Assembly: GCA_964342815.1 (NCBI GenBank)
Contig: CAYFHS010000019.1
Span: 10,285-74,284, forward strand
Length of the DNA stretch: 64,000 bases
Direction: 5' to 3'
DNA from: an uncultured archaeon
GTDB lineage: Archaea > Thermoplasmatota > Penumbrarchaeia > JASLWR01
In this document: positions 1 through 9,400 of the stretch, piece by piece
Layout: each line of letters starts with the position of its first letter
Numbering within the stretch: position 1 is the first letter of the stretch
Made by a program: the position numbers and the translations under genes
Notes under the pieces: model-generated
Databases searched by the model: none
What the model was told of the DNA's origin: nothing
The model's input: the letters and a program-made list of their open reading frames with translations, nothing else

Positions 1-25
1 CGCGAAATAATAACGAACCGTTGTA

Positions 26-1426
26 TCATTGAATTTTCAAGTTTTCAACGGAATCAAAATCACTGATAATAAATAACGATGTGCATGAATCTCCTATGGG
101 ATAATTTCTAAGCACATTATTTACGTCTTCAACAGTCTTCCTGATTCCTTCAGCTTCTAAATCAGAGATTAAAACGAATATTACTGCTTTAGAGAAATCC
201 TCACTTACAAACAAATCTCGGATCTCGTCAGTTATTGCATCGTAGAATGCGTTTAACAGATCTGTTCTCACGCTATTGTCCAGGTTTGGCTTATGAAGTA
301 TCCCCCAAAAATTGTCGTTATTAAATAAAGTGTAAAACAACTCTTTCAATATAGGGACGTTTTCGAATAATTCCCCGATCTGCTCGATCCCCGTGATATT
401 CGGCATCTGTATGGCCTTCATGATGTCGATTATACCGATGGATACTGCATTTGCTATTCCGTGATCGTCGGGTTTGTTGGGATTGCCGTTTATCTGAACC
501 TGGAGATAATCCAGGTTGTCCAACAATTCAACGTCCTTCAAACTGTACCTGGCCTCAAACTGATCGATCCGGCCATTGTTGTCATTGTCCTCAACAGGTC
601 TTGCCCTAATTAAAGATAATCTCAATCCACCCTCTCCAATACTATTCGAATATTCACCAGGCCGATTTCTCATTCCCTTGGCCATAGAAATACCACCGGT
701 CGAGGTAATTGTGCAGAATTTTGTATCTGCGATTCCTTTTTTAATCATCTTAGTTAACATACCTGAATCCGTTTCAGGAGATGGGGCTATTATAACAAAT
801 GATGAATCATAGATTCCATCATTATTAGTATCTGAAACGAAAGAATCTCTTAATTCAAGAGGTATCTGTTTGAACATAATGTCTACCAAATACTGGTTAT
901 CAGGTATTTCGTATTCTCCTGGTATCAATAGATGCTCAGGATTGTCGAACTCAGGGGGAAGAATCTCGTTAATGATGGCGTTAGTGAGCCTTGAAGGAGT
1001 AGAATTCAGTTCCTTGAGTAGAGTGGATACCGAGAGGATAAAAAGCACCCCATCGTTCTTCCCCTTATCTCCTCTATGTAAGTTTATTGTTTCTTCTATA
1101 TCGGAAATTTCCTTTAACACTTTTACATCAGTGATGTTAGTCTCGTCCATACGGTCGTTCACATTGTTTGTTTCCACATACAACATTATGATATTTGGTG
1201 CATCTAAATCCGAATCTTGTAGATACCACCAAAAACCCCATAAAATTCCACCTATTATAAGTAACACCACAGAGAGAATTACTAATACCTTATTTCGGTC
1301 GTTCACATAACTTAGCAATATAATAAGGATATAATAAGTTATCGCATTATGTGTTTTCCTTATAACAAAAAACCTTAAGGTTTGCTCTATTAATATTACA
1401 TGAGCATTTTTAATAGCATGTGCCAC
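26..1426 (-). CDS. hypothetical membrane-anchored protein with a large extracytoplasmic domain
   Basis: 466-codon ORF. It has one strong hydrophobic segment (VLVILSVVLLIIGGILWGFWWYL) near the N-terminus, and the rest is hydrophilic. The region is AT-rich. I recognised no catalytic motif. Confidence 0.5.
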   Translation of the reverse strand: MAHAIKNAHVILIEQTLRFFVIRKTHNAITYYILIILLSYVNDRNKVLVILSVVLLIIGGILWGFWWYLQDSDLDAPNIIMLYVETNNVNDRMDETNITDVKVLKEISDIEETINLHRGDKGKNDGVLFILSVSTLLKELNSTPSRLTNAIINEILPPEFDNPEHLLIPGEYEIPDNQYLVDIMFKQIPLELRDSFVSDTNNDGIYDSSFVIIAPSPETDSGMLTKMIKKGIADTKFCTITSTGGISMAKGMRNRPGEYSNSIGEGGLRLSLIRARPVEDNDNNGRIDQFEARYSLKDVELLDNLDYLQVQINGNPNKPDDHGIANAVSIGIIDIMKAIQMPNITGIEQIGELFENVPILKELFYTLFNNDNFWGILHKPNLDNSVRTDLLNAFYDAITDEIRDLFVSEDFSKAVIFVLISDLEAEGIRKTVEDVNNVLRNYPIGDSCTSLFIISDFDSVENLKIQ

Positions 1427-1653
1427 TTATTTTTTTCTTTTTACTGATTAAACGAAGTGACAAAATGCTTAGATTTTCGGTGTTAACCTGTAATGCAATT
1501 CAGGTATTTTGTATAACCTTCTGGGAACTTGCTTGGGCTGGTACAAAGCTGTTTAATAGTATTGGTGCTAAAGCAATTTGGAATGCAGAACAAGATTTAC
1601 TTAATCGCTGGAAATGCCTTTAGAATTAGGATAACACGTGGATGTTCCAGATA

Positions 1654-3015
1654 TCATTTCCTAATCACCTTTTCAAGCCATACGATTGCCAGTAAACCCG
1701 CCATACCGAAAGCGATTGCCACACCAATGAATACACCCCTCGCACCCATAAAAACAGCCCCCATCAGCGCAAGGGGCAGCAGCAGCACAACGACCCTGAT
1801 AATGGTAATAACGAAGGAAGGAAACGGTTTTCCAAGAGCATTGAACGAGTTGGTCACGATGTAACTGATCGCGAGACCCATCCACCCCAGGCCGCCCAGC
1901 CATAGGTAGTAGCAGAAATTTCTTATTACTTCCGGGTTCGAGCTGAACATACGGGCTGAAAGGGGAGCGGTAACGGAGAAAATGGAATATACTATTATCG
2001 CATAGGCAAGTCCAGCTTTGTAACCCAGGCGAATGGCTTTTCGAACCCGATGTATTTTTCCCGAACCGAAATTCTGCCCTACAAATGGAACCAGAGCAGT
2101 ACAGAATGCTATTGTCGGCATAATCACTATGGCTTCCAGCCGTGTTGCGGCTCCGTACCCTGCAACCACGTTCTTACCCATTGATGATATTACGCCGGTT
2201 ATCACACCCAGGGAAACCGGCGTCAAAGCACTTACAAAAGCATTGGGTCCACCGACATATAATACGTCCCACCACGACCTAATCAATTCGCGGAACGTAG
2301 GAAGTTTCCAATTGACCATTTTTTTTATCTTTACCAGAACGTATATCGAAAGGAACGTTGTGACCATCCTGGCGCTTACCGTGGCCACAGCGGCGCCCCG
2401 AATGCCCATACGCGGAAACGGGCCGATACCGAATATCAGAAAAGGGTCGAGTATGATGTTCAGTCCCACGGCGAATAACATTATCTTCATGGGGATCTTG
2501 GTATCGCCTGTGGCCCTGATGATTGCGTTCCCAACCATGGGGATGACAACGGCCGGTATGCCAAAATACCAGATTTCCATGTAACTTTTCACCATAGGGA
2601 ATAGGTCCGGATTGACGTTCAGAATCCTGAAAAGTGGTTCGATCGTGGCCAGGCCCACCAACATGCTGATGACCGCCACGGTGATTGCCAACAAAAGCGA
2701 ATCTGTTGTTAAACGAGCGGCGCGCTCCTTGTCGCCAGCACCCAGGGTCCGGGATATAATGGAGGTGGCGCCCATGCCCAGCCCTCCCATGATGGACGCA
2801 AAGAAGAAAACTACCGGAAACGTGAAAGTGATGGCTGCCAATTCATCCCTTCCAAGCTGGCCTACATATACAGCATCCACGAAATTAAAGAGGACCATGG
2901 CCATCATGGCGAATACCATTGGAATTGTCAACTTCCACATGGTGGTGGAAACCTTACCGTTAAGAAGGTCCATGCTTCCTTTTTGGGGCTTTCCGCCATG
3001 AGAATCCTTACTCAT
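1654..3015 (-). CDS. MATE family multidrug/toxin efflux transporter
   Basis: About 12 hydrophobic segments and MATE-like sequence (LGRDELAAITFTFPVVFF, ISRTLGAGDKERAA). The ATG at 3015 is preceded by GGTGAGGG and lies 2 nt after the MarR stop. The longest ORF extends to 3039. Confidence 0.85.
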   Translation of the reverse strand: MSKDSHGGKPQKGSMDLLNGKVSTTMWKLTIPMVFAMMAMVLFNFVDAVYVGQLGRDELAAITFTFPVVFFFASIMGGLGMGATSIISRTLGAGDKERAARLTTDSLLLAITVAVISMLVGLATIEPLFRILNVNPDLFPMVKSYMEIWYFGIPAVVIPMVGNAIIRATGDTKIPMKIMLFAVGLNIILDPFLIFGIGPFPRMGIRGAAVATVSARMVTTFLSIYVLVKIKKMVNWKLPTFRELIRSWWDVLYVGGPNAFVSALTPVSLGVITGVISSMGKNVVAGYGAATRLEAIVIMPTIAFCTALVPFVGQNFGSGKIHRVRKAIRLGYKAGLAYAIIVYSIFSVTAPLSARMFSSNPEVIRNFCYYLWLGGLGWMGLAISYIVTNSFNALGKPFPSFVITIIRVVVLLLPLALMGAVFMGARGVFIGVAIAFGMAGLLAIVWLEKVIRK

Positions 3016-3478
3016 TTCCCTCACCGGAGAACCCCCCAAATGTTACATTCTCGTGAACCCTGGTAAGAAATAAAATGAATTTCTCCCGCTCATCTGGGGC
3101 GAATCCCTTAACCATTCGCTCTGTGCTTTCCCCAAGAATTCTTAGAATTACCGGAACTAGCTCACGCCCCTTTTTCGTCAGATGGATTAAATAGGAACGG
3201 TTGTCTGAGGGGTCGGTTTCTCTCTGAACGATACCGAGAGCCAGAAGTTTGGCCACTGCCCGGGCGGTGGTGGTCTTGTCAAGTTCGAGAAGCTGGCTTA
3301 GCTGCTCCTGGTTGATTCCCTCGTTTCGGGATAGTAACAAAATATAGCGGAACTGACCCGCTCCGATGCCATGTGGAGCCAATCGTTTCTCTATGTAGGC
3401 TATGTTGTGGCGGTCGATCATCCAAATCCATTTGCCTATGGATTTATTTGGGTCGTGTTGTTTTGGTACGGGACTCAT
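3008..3478 (-). CDS. MarR family winged-helix transcriptional regulator
   Basis: MarR-type wHTH (INQEQLSQLLELDKTTTARAVAKLLALGIVQRETDPSDNRSYLIHLTKKGRELV). The first ATG is at 3478 (MSPVPKQ...). The track start at 3496 is a TTG inside an operator-like palindrome. The gene sits directly upstream of the MATE gene, so an operon is likely. Confidence 0.85.
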   Translation of the reverse strand: MSPVPKQHDPNKSIGKWIWMIDRHNIAYIEKRLAPHGIGAGQFRYILLLSRNEGINQEQLSQLLELDKTTTARAVAKLLALGIVQRETDPSDNRSYLIHLTKKGRELVPVILRILGESTERMVKGFAPDEREKFILFLTRVHENVTFGGFSGEGNE

Positions 3479-3482
3479 ATTT

Positions 3483-3525
3483 AGTTGTATATGCAACTAA
3501 ATTATATATAGTTGTACGTGTAACT
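3483..3525 (-). promoter_or_regulatory. MarR promoter: TATA-like box flanked by two 16-bp inverted repeats (operator candidates)
   Basis: AGTTGTATATGCAACT (3483-3498, perfect 5+5 palindrome), then AAATTATATAT (3499-3509), then AGTTGTACGTGTAACT (3510-3525, imperfect palindrome). The element lies 5-47 nt upstream of the ATG at 3478. Confidence 0.5.
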
Positions 3526-3711
3526 GTTTGGGGTGGTGAATATGAGTGGGATATACATCGGAAATTAATATAATGTGTGGAATAACAGACTTCCAATTTC
3601 GTTACAAAGTATTAGTTTTCCTTTTAACTAATAAATGAGAAATGTATCATATAAATGTAAAAAAACATTTATATCATATATCTTAATAAATATCATATGG
3701 GGGATTGAATA

Positions 3712-4029
3712 ATGAAAGAAACGTCTTTTGAGAACAAGGAAAAAAGTAATACAATGTTGAAAATTTGTGTAATAATTGGTCTTGCAATTTTTAGTTTCGG
3801 TCTATTAGTTCATCAATTTGGGACTAATTTTGAACAATCAAATCTGCTAAATGATGGAAGTGTTGTGGATTTCATTGGAAAATTTATTATTTTAATTGGT
3901 ATGATTATGACTTCAATTATACTGATGTCAATAGCACTATTTAAAACGAAAGTTGATGTTACTATTCGATTTGGTTGTTTACTAGTCGGGGGAATAGTAA
4001 TTGCCTTTGAAATGATCGCATTTGTATGA
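3712..4029 (+). CDS. small integral membrane protein (about 3 TM segments)
   Basis: 105-codon ORF with three hydrophobic segments in a very AT-rich island. It is followed 19 nt later by the next same-strand ORF. Confidence 0.5.
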   Translation: MKETSFENKEKSNTMLKICVIIGLAIFSFGLLVHQFGTNFEQSNLLNDGSVVDFIGKFIILIGMIMTSIILMSIALFKTKVDVTIRFGCLLVGGIVIAFEMIAFV

Positions 4030-4048
4030 TCGCAAGGTGTGAAATCTA

Positions 4049-5113
4049 ATGATTAATCAAAAATTGCTTCAGATATATTCAGGTACTTTTATCGTATTAT
4101 TTGTAATTATTAGTGGAATGTCTTTAACTCCTGGTTCTGTAATGAAAGGAATTTTCATAAGTTCACAAGATGAATATGAAGCCGGTCAGATTCTCGATGA
4201 AGGGAATAAATATTTTGAGAAAGAGGATTACGATAAAGCGATTGAGATTTGGATGGTAGTCTACGATAATTATATAGGAACAACATCTTGGGGGAAAGCT
4301 GCATGGAATATCGGGCTTGCATATTCACGATTAGGGCAATATGAAACAGCAATTGATTATTATATAGCAATACTTGAAAGCGATGTTAATGATTTCGAAC
4401 CGGGTGCTTCTGTAATGGAGGCATATAGAAATTATCGACATAAAGCCGCAAGTAGCATATCTCAATGTTATGAGATGTTAGAAGAATATGATTTAGCTAT
4501 TGAATATGCAATATTGGCTAGAGATGTATATAGATACGAAAGCTGGTGTGGTACTTGCGCCAGTGGTGCCGCGAGACAACAGAAATTGTTGATAGATCGT
4601 CTGACATTATTCAATGAATGGAGCTTTAATAAAGAAATAATATGTGATTTTGAACTAACATACAGCATTTCTGTTGATACTGATATCCAATATAACTTAC
4701 ATCTTCCTGCACCATTGGCAGTTGATAATAGTACCTCTTTCTTTATGAATATATCAAAGGTTATTGAAGGTAACCCGACCTATGAAATAATTGAAACTAA
4801 GTGGGGTACTGCTCTAAATATATCATGTATGGGTCCTTTTTCAATTCAGATGAAATATATGATATCAGCAACAGAAGAGTATAATGAAAGTAAGCTTTTT
4901 CAAGGTTTCTCAATGGAGGTTTGGGAAAGGTCAAACCAATTTTTTACATTTTCTTCATATGGTGGTGAGACTTGGAGAGATAACCTTAAGCTTTCTTTAA
5001 ATGGCCATTGGATAAAATATCCACCTGATTGGGAATATGATCAATGGGAAGGAAGAGAATATTCCATAAGCAAGGGATGGGATGAATCCAGGATTTTCGA
5101 TGATTATTGGTAG
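4049..5113 (+). CDS. N-terminally anchored TPR-repeat protein
   Basis: N-terminal TM (IYSGTFIVLFVIISGMSL). TPR-like repeats are present (EGNKYFEKEDYDKAIEIW..., AAWNIGLAYSRLGQYETAIDYYIAILE, QCYEMLEEYDLAIEYAILA). Confidence 0.6.
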   Translation: MINQKLLQIYSGTFIVLFVIISGMSLTPGSVMKGIFISSQDEYEAGQILDEGNKYFEKEDYDKAIEIWMVVYDNYIGTTSWGKAAWNIGLAYSRLGQYETAIDYYIAILESDVNDFEPGASVMEAYRNYRHKAASSISQCYEMLEEYDLAIEYAILARDVYRYESWCGTCASGAARQQKLLIDRLTLFNEWSFNKEIICDFELTYSISVDTDIQYNLHLPAPLAVDNSTSFFMNISKVIEGNPTYEIIETKWGTALNISCMGPFSIQMKYMISATEEYNESKLFQGFSMEVWERSNQFFTFSSYGGETWRDNLKLSLNGHWIKYPPDWEYDQWEGREYSISKGWDESRIFDDYW

Positions 5114-5264
5114 AATTGTATAACTTAAATGAGTCAATAGTCGAAAAACCCTTTGCTAATCCGGCGTATATTCAGGATAAGCAATAATTTCTCGTTGAAT
5201 ATTTTGTATTCTATTCTTCGTACAGTAAAGAAGGAAAACAAGGGCACCCAACCCACAAACCCTT

Positions 5265-6107
5265 TCACCCGCCGATCATCCCGTTTAGTACCATCATTGT
5301 AATAGCGATTACCAATCCGATCACTGCTGGCAGGATTCCCACCGCGCTCAACATCAATTTCTTTGTGAATATCCTCTTTTCATATATTTCGCCTTCCACC
5401 TGATAGGGAAGGTAACCCGCCAGGAGTGAAGGAACGCAACTGGCGGCGAATATCAGACCGATGGTCTCTGCCTCGTCCACATTGGTGGCGTTGATGGCAA
5501 ACTCGTTGTCGATCACAGTTTTATTGGATGAGGATGCATCGGCGTCCACCTCCCTACTTGCTCCCCAAAGCCCGACACCCATAAATAAAAATAATGTTAT
5601 CAAAAAGGCGAATACCGCAATGCATTGTGGCATAACTGCCACCACCAGATGTTTCGGGAAAGTATACTTCTTCATTGCTTTTTTATTCTTCCTCATCCAT
5701 TCGTTCCTTTTCTCGAAGTCAGTGGGCATTTTCATATTGATCTTCGCGTCTTGGGGAATATCTGCGACCCCTTTCGATATTAAAAGTCCCTGGGCAATGA
5801 GTGAGATTACGCCGGCACTTCCCAATATATACCCGCCGGTTAAAGCAATACGGCCCTGAGGGGCATCCGCTTGGGGCGCCATCATGTAAAATATAATAAA
5901 AAGGATTCCGTAGATCACGGCCGGGGCAAGAAGGTAAAGGAACACAATTATCTTTGAGCGGGTGTAAGGGCGTGCTTTTTCCCAGAATGGTTCTCTTTGT
6001 AACTTTTCAATTGCATCGCGGTACTTGGAAAATATCCACATACCGAGCATTACAGCTGTCACGAGAGGGAGAGCTACGTAAAGCACCAGCAACAATAGAA
6101 TATCCAT
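5265..6107 (-). CDS. hypothetical polytopic membrane protein
   Basis: 280-codon ORF with 6 or more hydrophobic segments. No family was recognised. Confidence 0.6.
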   Translation of the reverse strand: MDILLLLVLYVALPLVTAVMLGMWIFSKYRDAIEKLQREPFWEKARPYTRSKIIVFLYLLAPAVIYGILFIIFYMMAPQADAPQGRIALTGGYILGSAGVISLIAQGLLISKGVADIPQDAKINMKMPTDFEKRNEWMRKNKKAMKKYTFPKHLVVAVMPQCIAVFAFLITLFLFMGVGLWGASREVDADASSSNKTVIDNEFAINATNVDEAETIGLIFAASCVPSLLAGYLPYQVEGEIYEKRIFTKKLMLSAVGILPAVIGLVIAITMMVLNGMIGG

Positions 6108-6463
6108 TTTTCCAATTCATCCCAACGGTTTAGTCTGTTTCGAAATTCAGGACGTTGAACAGCAATATCAATATAATTCTGCAATCTATATCAATGTTCA
6201 CATCGTTTCGCTCGGCCATGGAATCTGATAATCCTGGGCCTGGGAATTTATGTCGAACAATCACCTTATCCCTGACACTGCGTTATCTCTAGGTACTTTC
6301 ACCCATTAAGACGTTCTTCCACAAGGGTGGCGAATATCCTGTTCATTTGTTGAAATGTTCACCGTGGAAATAACAAGGCAAATTTTATCTTTCCCCATGA
6401 ACATAGAGCCGACGGAACAACAAACTCCAGCGCCAATGATATTATCCGCCCTTTGGTGTCGTT

Positions 6464-9400
6464 ATGAAAAAGAACGTGAAAATAACGATCATGTGCTTTT
6501 GCGCATTCCTTCTACTTATGACGCAGATCGAGATGTTTGTCCTCGACGGTCGAAATACGTTCGATTCCGAGCTTACCGTACGAAATTATGATATTCGGAG
6601 CGCAAAGTCCACAGAGGATGTGAGATCCGTAGAGTATTATCCCGAAAAACACACAGGAGACACCTTCAATCATCGGGCAATATTCGTTCGTCAGGATGAC
6701 TCGACATATCTCGATGACATGCTCTTTTGCGCAGCGGTTCCGGCTGCTGTCCACTGGGAGGGCGAAACGCGATCGAACTCAATGATGATATCCGATGAAC
6801 GTACAAGAGAAAACGGAAACCTCATTGGGGATTATTCGGAATATCTTCGGAAAATTGAGGCGCGCCCCGATATAGATTTCATCGGTAACGTTACTGAGGA
6901 GAGGAAATCTGCTCTTGCCGGTTATTTTTCGGACGTGGAAAGTTCCAATAATATTACCACTGCCAGTAATATATATGACGGCGCCTGCGATATAGCAAAG
7001 TATTACTGGATGAACGAGAGAAGATTGGGTACGGATACTGCGGTTCTTTCTCATGTCCCCAACTCTGATGGCGGAGTTGAGGTCCAGCGTGACACTTCTG
7101 GCGCGAATTTCGGCCAATTCGAGGTCAACACCGATCTTAATTCCGACGAGGTATCGTGGCTGAAATTCTCAATCGACTGGTCTGACCCTGAGGCGGATAC
7201 GGATTACCGCATCGAGATTCGGGATCCCCTTGCATTGCACGAGCGCAGTTATTCCAATGCAGGGAATGTAGGGCAGGTCAATCCCACCAATAACCGACTG
7301 TATTCCAATGCCGGACATTGCGAGGTGGGGGTGTCGCCATATTATTCCTATTTACCCTATTCGATAGATAACGACCCTCAAGGATATGAACAGGTAGCTT
7401 ACAGGGGAGAACTCGTACAATCTGACAGGTCCGTATATCCCATCGAAGGTGCGGCGGATCACAAAACTTTCCAATTCGGCCCTGTAAAGGCCGGACAGTG
7501 GATAGGTGTCGTGACCAACTGGACCCATTATGTTGTTAATGAATCCAAATACCGGGACTTTGATACATTTGTGTACCGACCAAACCAGGGGCCCGGTGAT
7601 GATCATCTGCTGGAGATCGCCTACAATCCCGGATTACCCGGCTACCATCTGGGAACCACCCCGGAAACGGGTTATTGTTATGCGGATGTGGACGGCTATT
7701 ACTCCGTTACCGTTCATCCCTATAATACGTCCATCGGGGGTTCATTTACCACAGGTGTTTACTGGGGCGGTCTGGATGAGGAGTCCATGTGGACCGCGAA
7801 ACAGATAAATCACGGCACCGATCCCGTTCAATACCACCTGGAGGAATACGCCATGACAGATGACCATGTGATCGAATCGGTGACCAACGGCGCAGTTGTG
7901 GCGTCACTTAATAATATTCCACTTTTTTACACCGCAGGAGGGCAGCCGGAACCAAACGTCGCAGCCACTCTTCAGGATATGGGTATTACTAAACTGATAG
8001 TTATCGACCCCGGAAACAAGATTTCTACCCTAGAATGGGAGGGGAAGGGATTTTCCCTAGATCATGTGAAGGGAGACAAGGAGGTTTTCAATTACATTTA
8101 TGATCTGTCCGTTACAAAAAAAATTCACAAGGGTACGGTAATTAATGCACAGGGAGGGCCGTGGTTCACCGGTGCGGCGCTGACCGGAGCCTATCACGGC
8201 GTTCCGATTCCGGCACTGGACGATCCGGAGATGGTCCACATTCAGAATCAGGCGACGACGACCTGGTGGCAGATGATCCAGCTTACCGACGTATATGATT
8301 TTTATCCGTATAACCGGTACCAGGCTCCGAACCAGGCCAATATGGAGGACCTGGCCGATGACTTTTTCAGCTGGATCGAAGGATTCCATCCCGATTATAA
8401 TCCTGATTGCGGCGATAAAAATGGTGACGGCATCCCGGATAACGGTAATTACTGGGATTATTCCGAAGATGTGGAAATATTTGTGATCTCACCCCTGAAC
8501 GCTCTCAAACCGGCACTGGATCGGGCCATCAACGGAAAGGCTTCGGTTGGCAGGATCCCAATTGCCGATCCATCGGCTCTCTGGGCGGTAGTTAACCGTG
8601 AAATGCTCTATTGGAAAGTGGGATATTCGCGAGCCGACAATCCCGAGGACCCCGATGACAGCCCGCCGGTGGGGGACCACTGGAAACGAGCCGGGTGGAC
8701 CTTCAATTCCTATGCGCACGACGATGGCATTATGGATAACGACAGCGGTGACCAGGACGACGACGATTTTTGCGGCATGGATGACGGGGGAGCTAATCAT
8801 TTAACGTATCGGGGTCGAGAGACCTGGCCCACATTGGCCCAGAATTATGGCAAGATCAACGATTATAACACATATTACACGAACATAAGGGACATGCTTG
8901 AAAAAGGAACCTGTTACTGGAGCAATAACGGTCACGGACATCATTACAACATGATGGAGACTGGTATCGGCGCAACAGCCACAAGTATGGATTCTTCCAA
9001 TCCAAAATTTGCCGGCCCACCTCAATCCAACAGCTTCGTGGACCCACCTCTCGAGATGACGACCGGATGGGATTGGTATTATGGTATTGATAATATTCAT
9101 TCTGCTTTTTCTACGTTCCAATCCTGCCAGGTAGGCGGCTCCTCGCTGCCGGAATACTTTCTGAGACTTGGGGGTATAGCCGTTGTGGGCGGTACCGTAA
9201 CACGGTCGCTTATTGAAGCCACCATCCAGCACGACCGGACAGCAAGAGGGCTCTTTTCCGGTATGAGTTTTGGTGATTCCCATCGGTGGGGTGCGGACGA
9301 GACCGGCTGTATCTATTCACTCAAGGACCCCGGAACGAAAAATAAAAATTACGGCGAGGCAGGATTCGCAGACGATATGTGGGTTAGATACGGGGATACG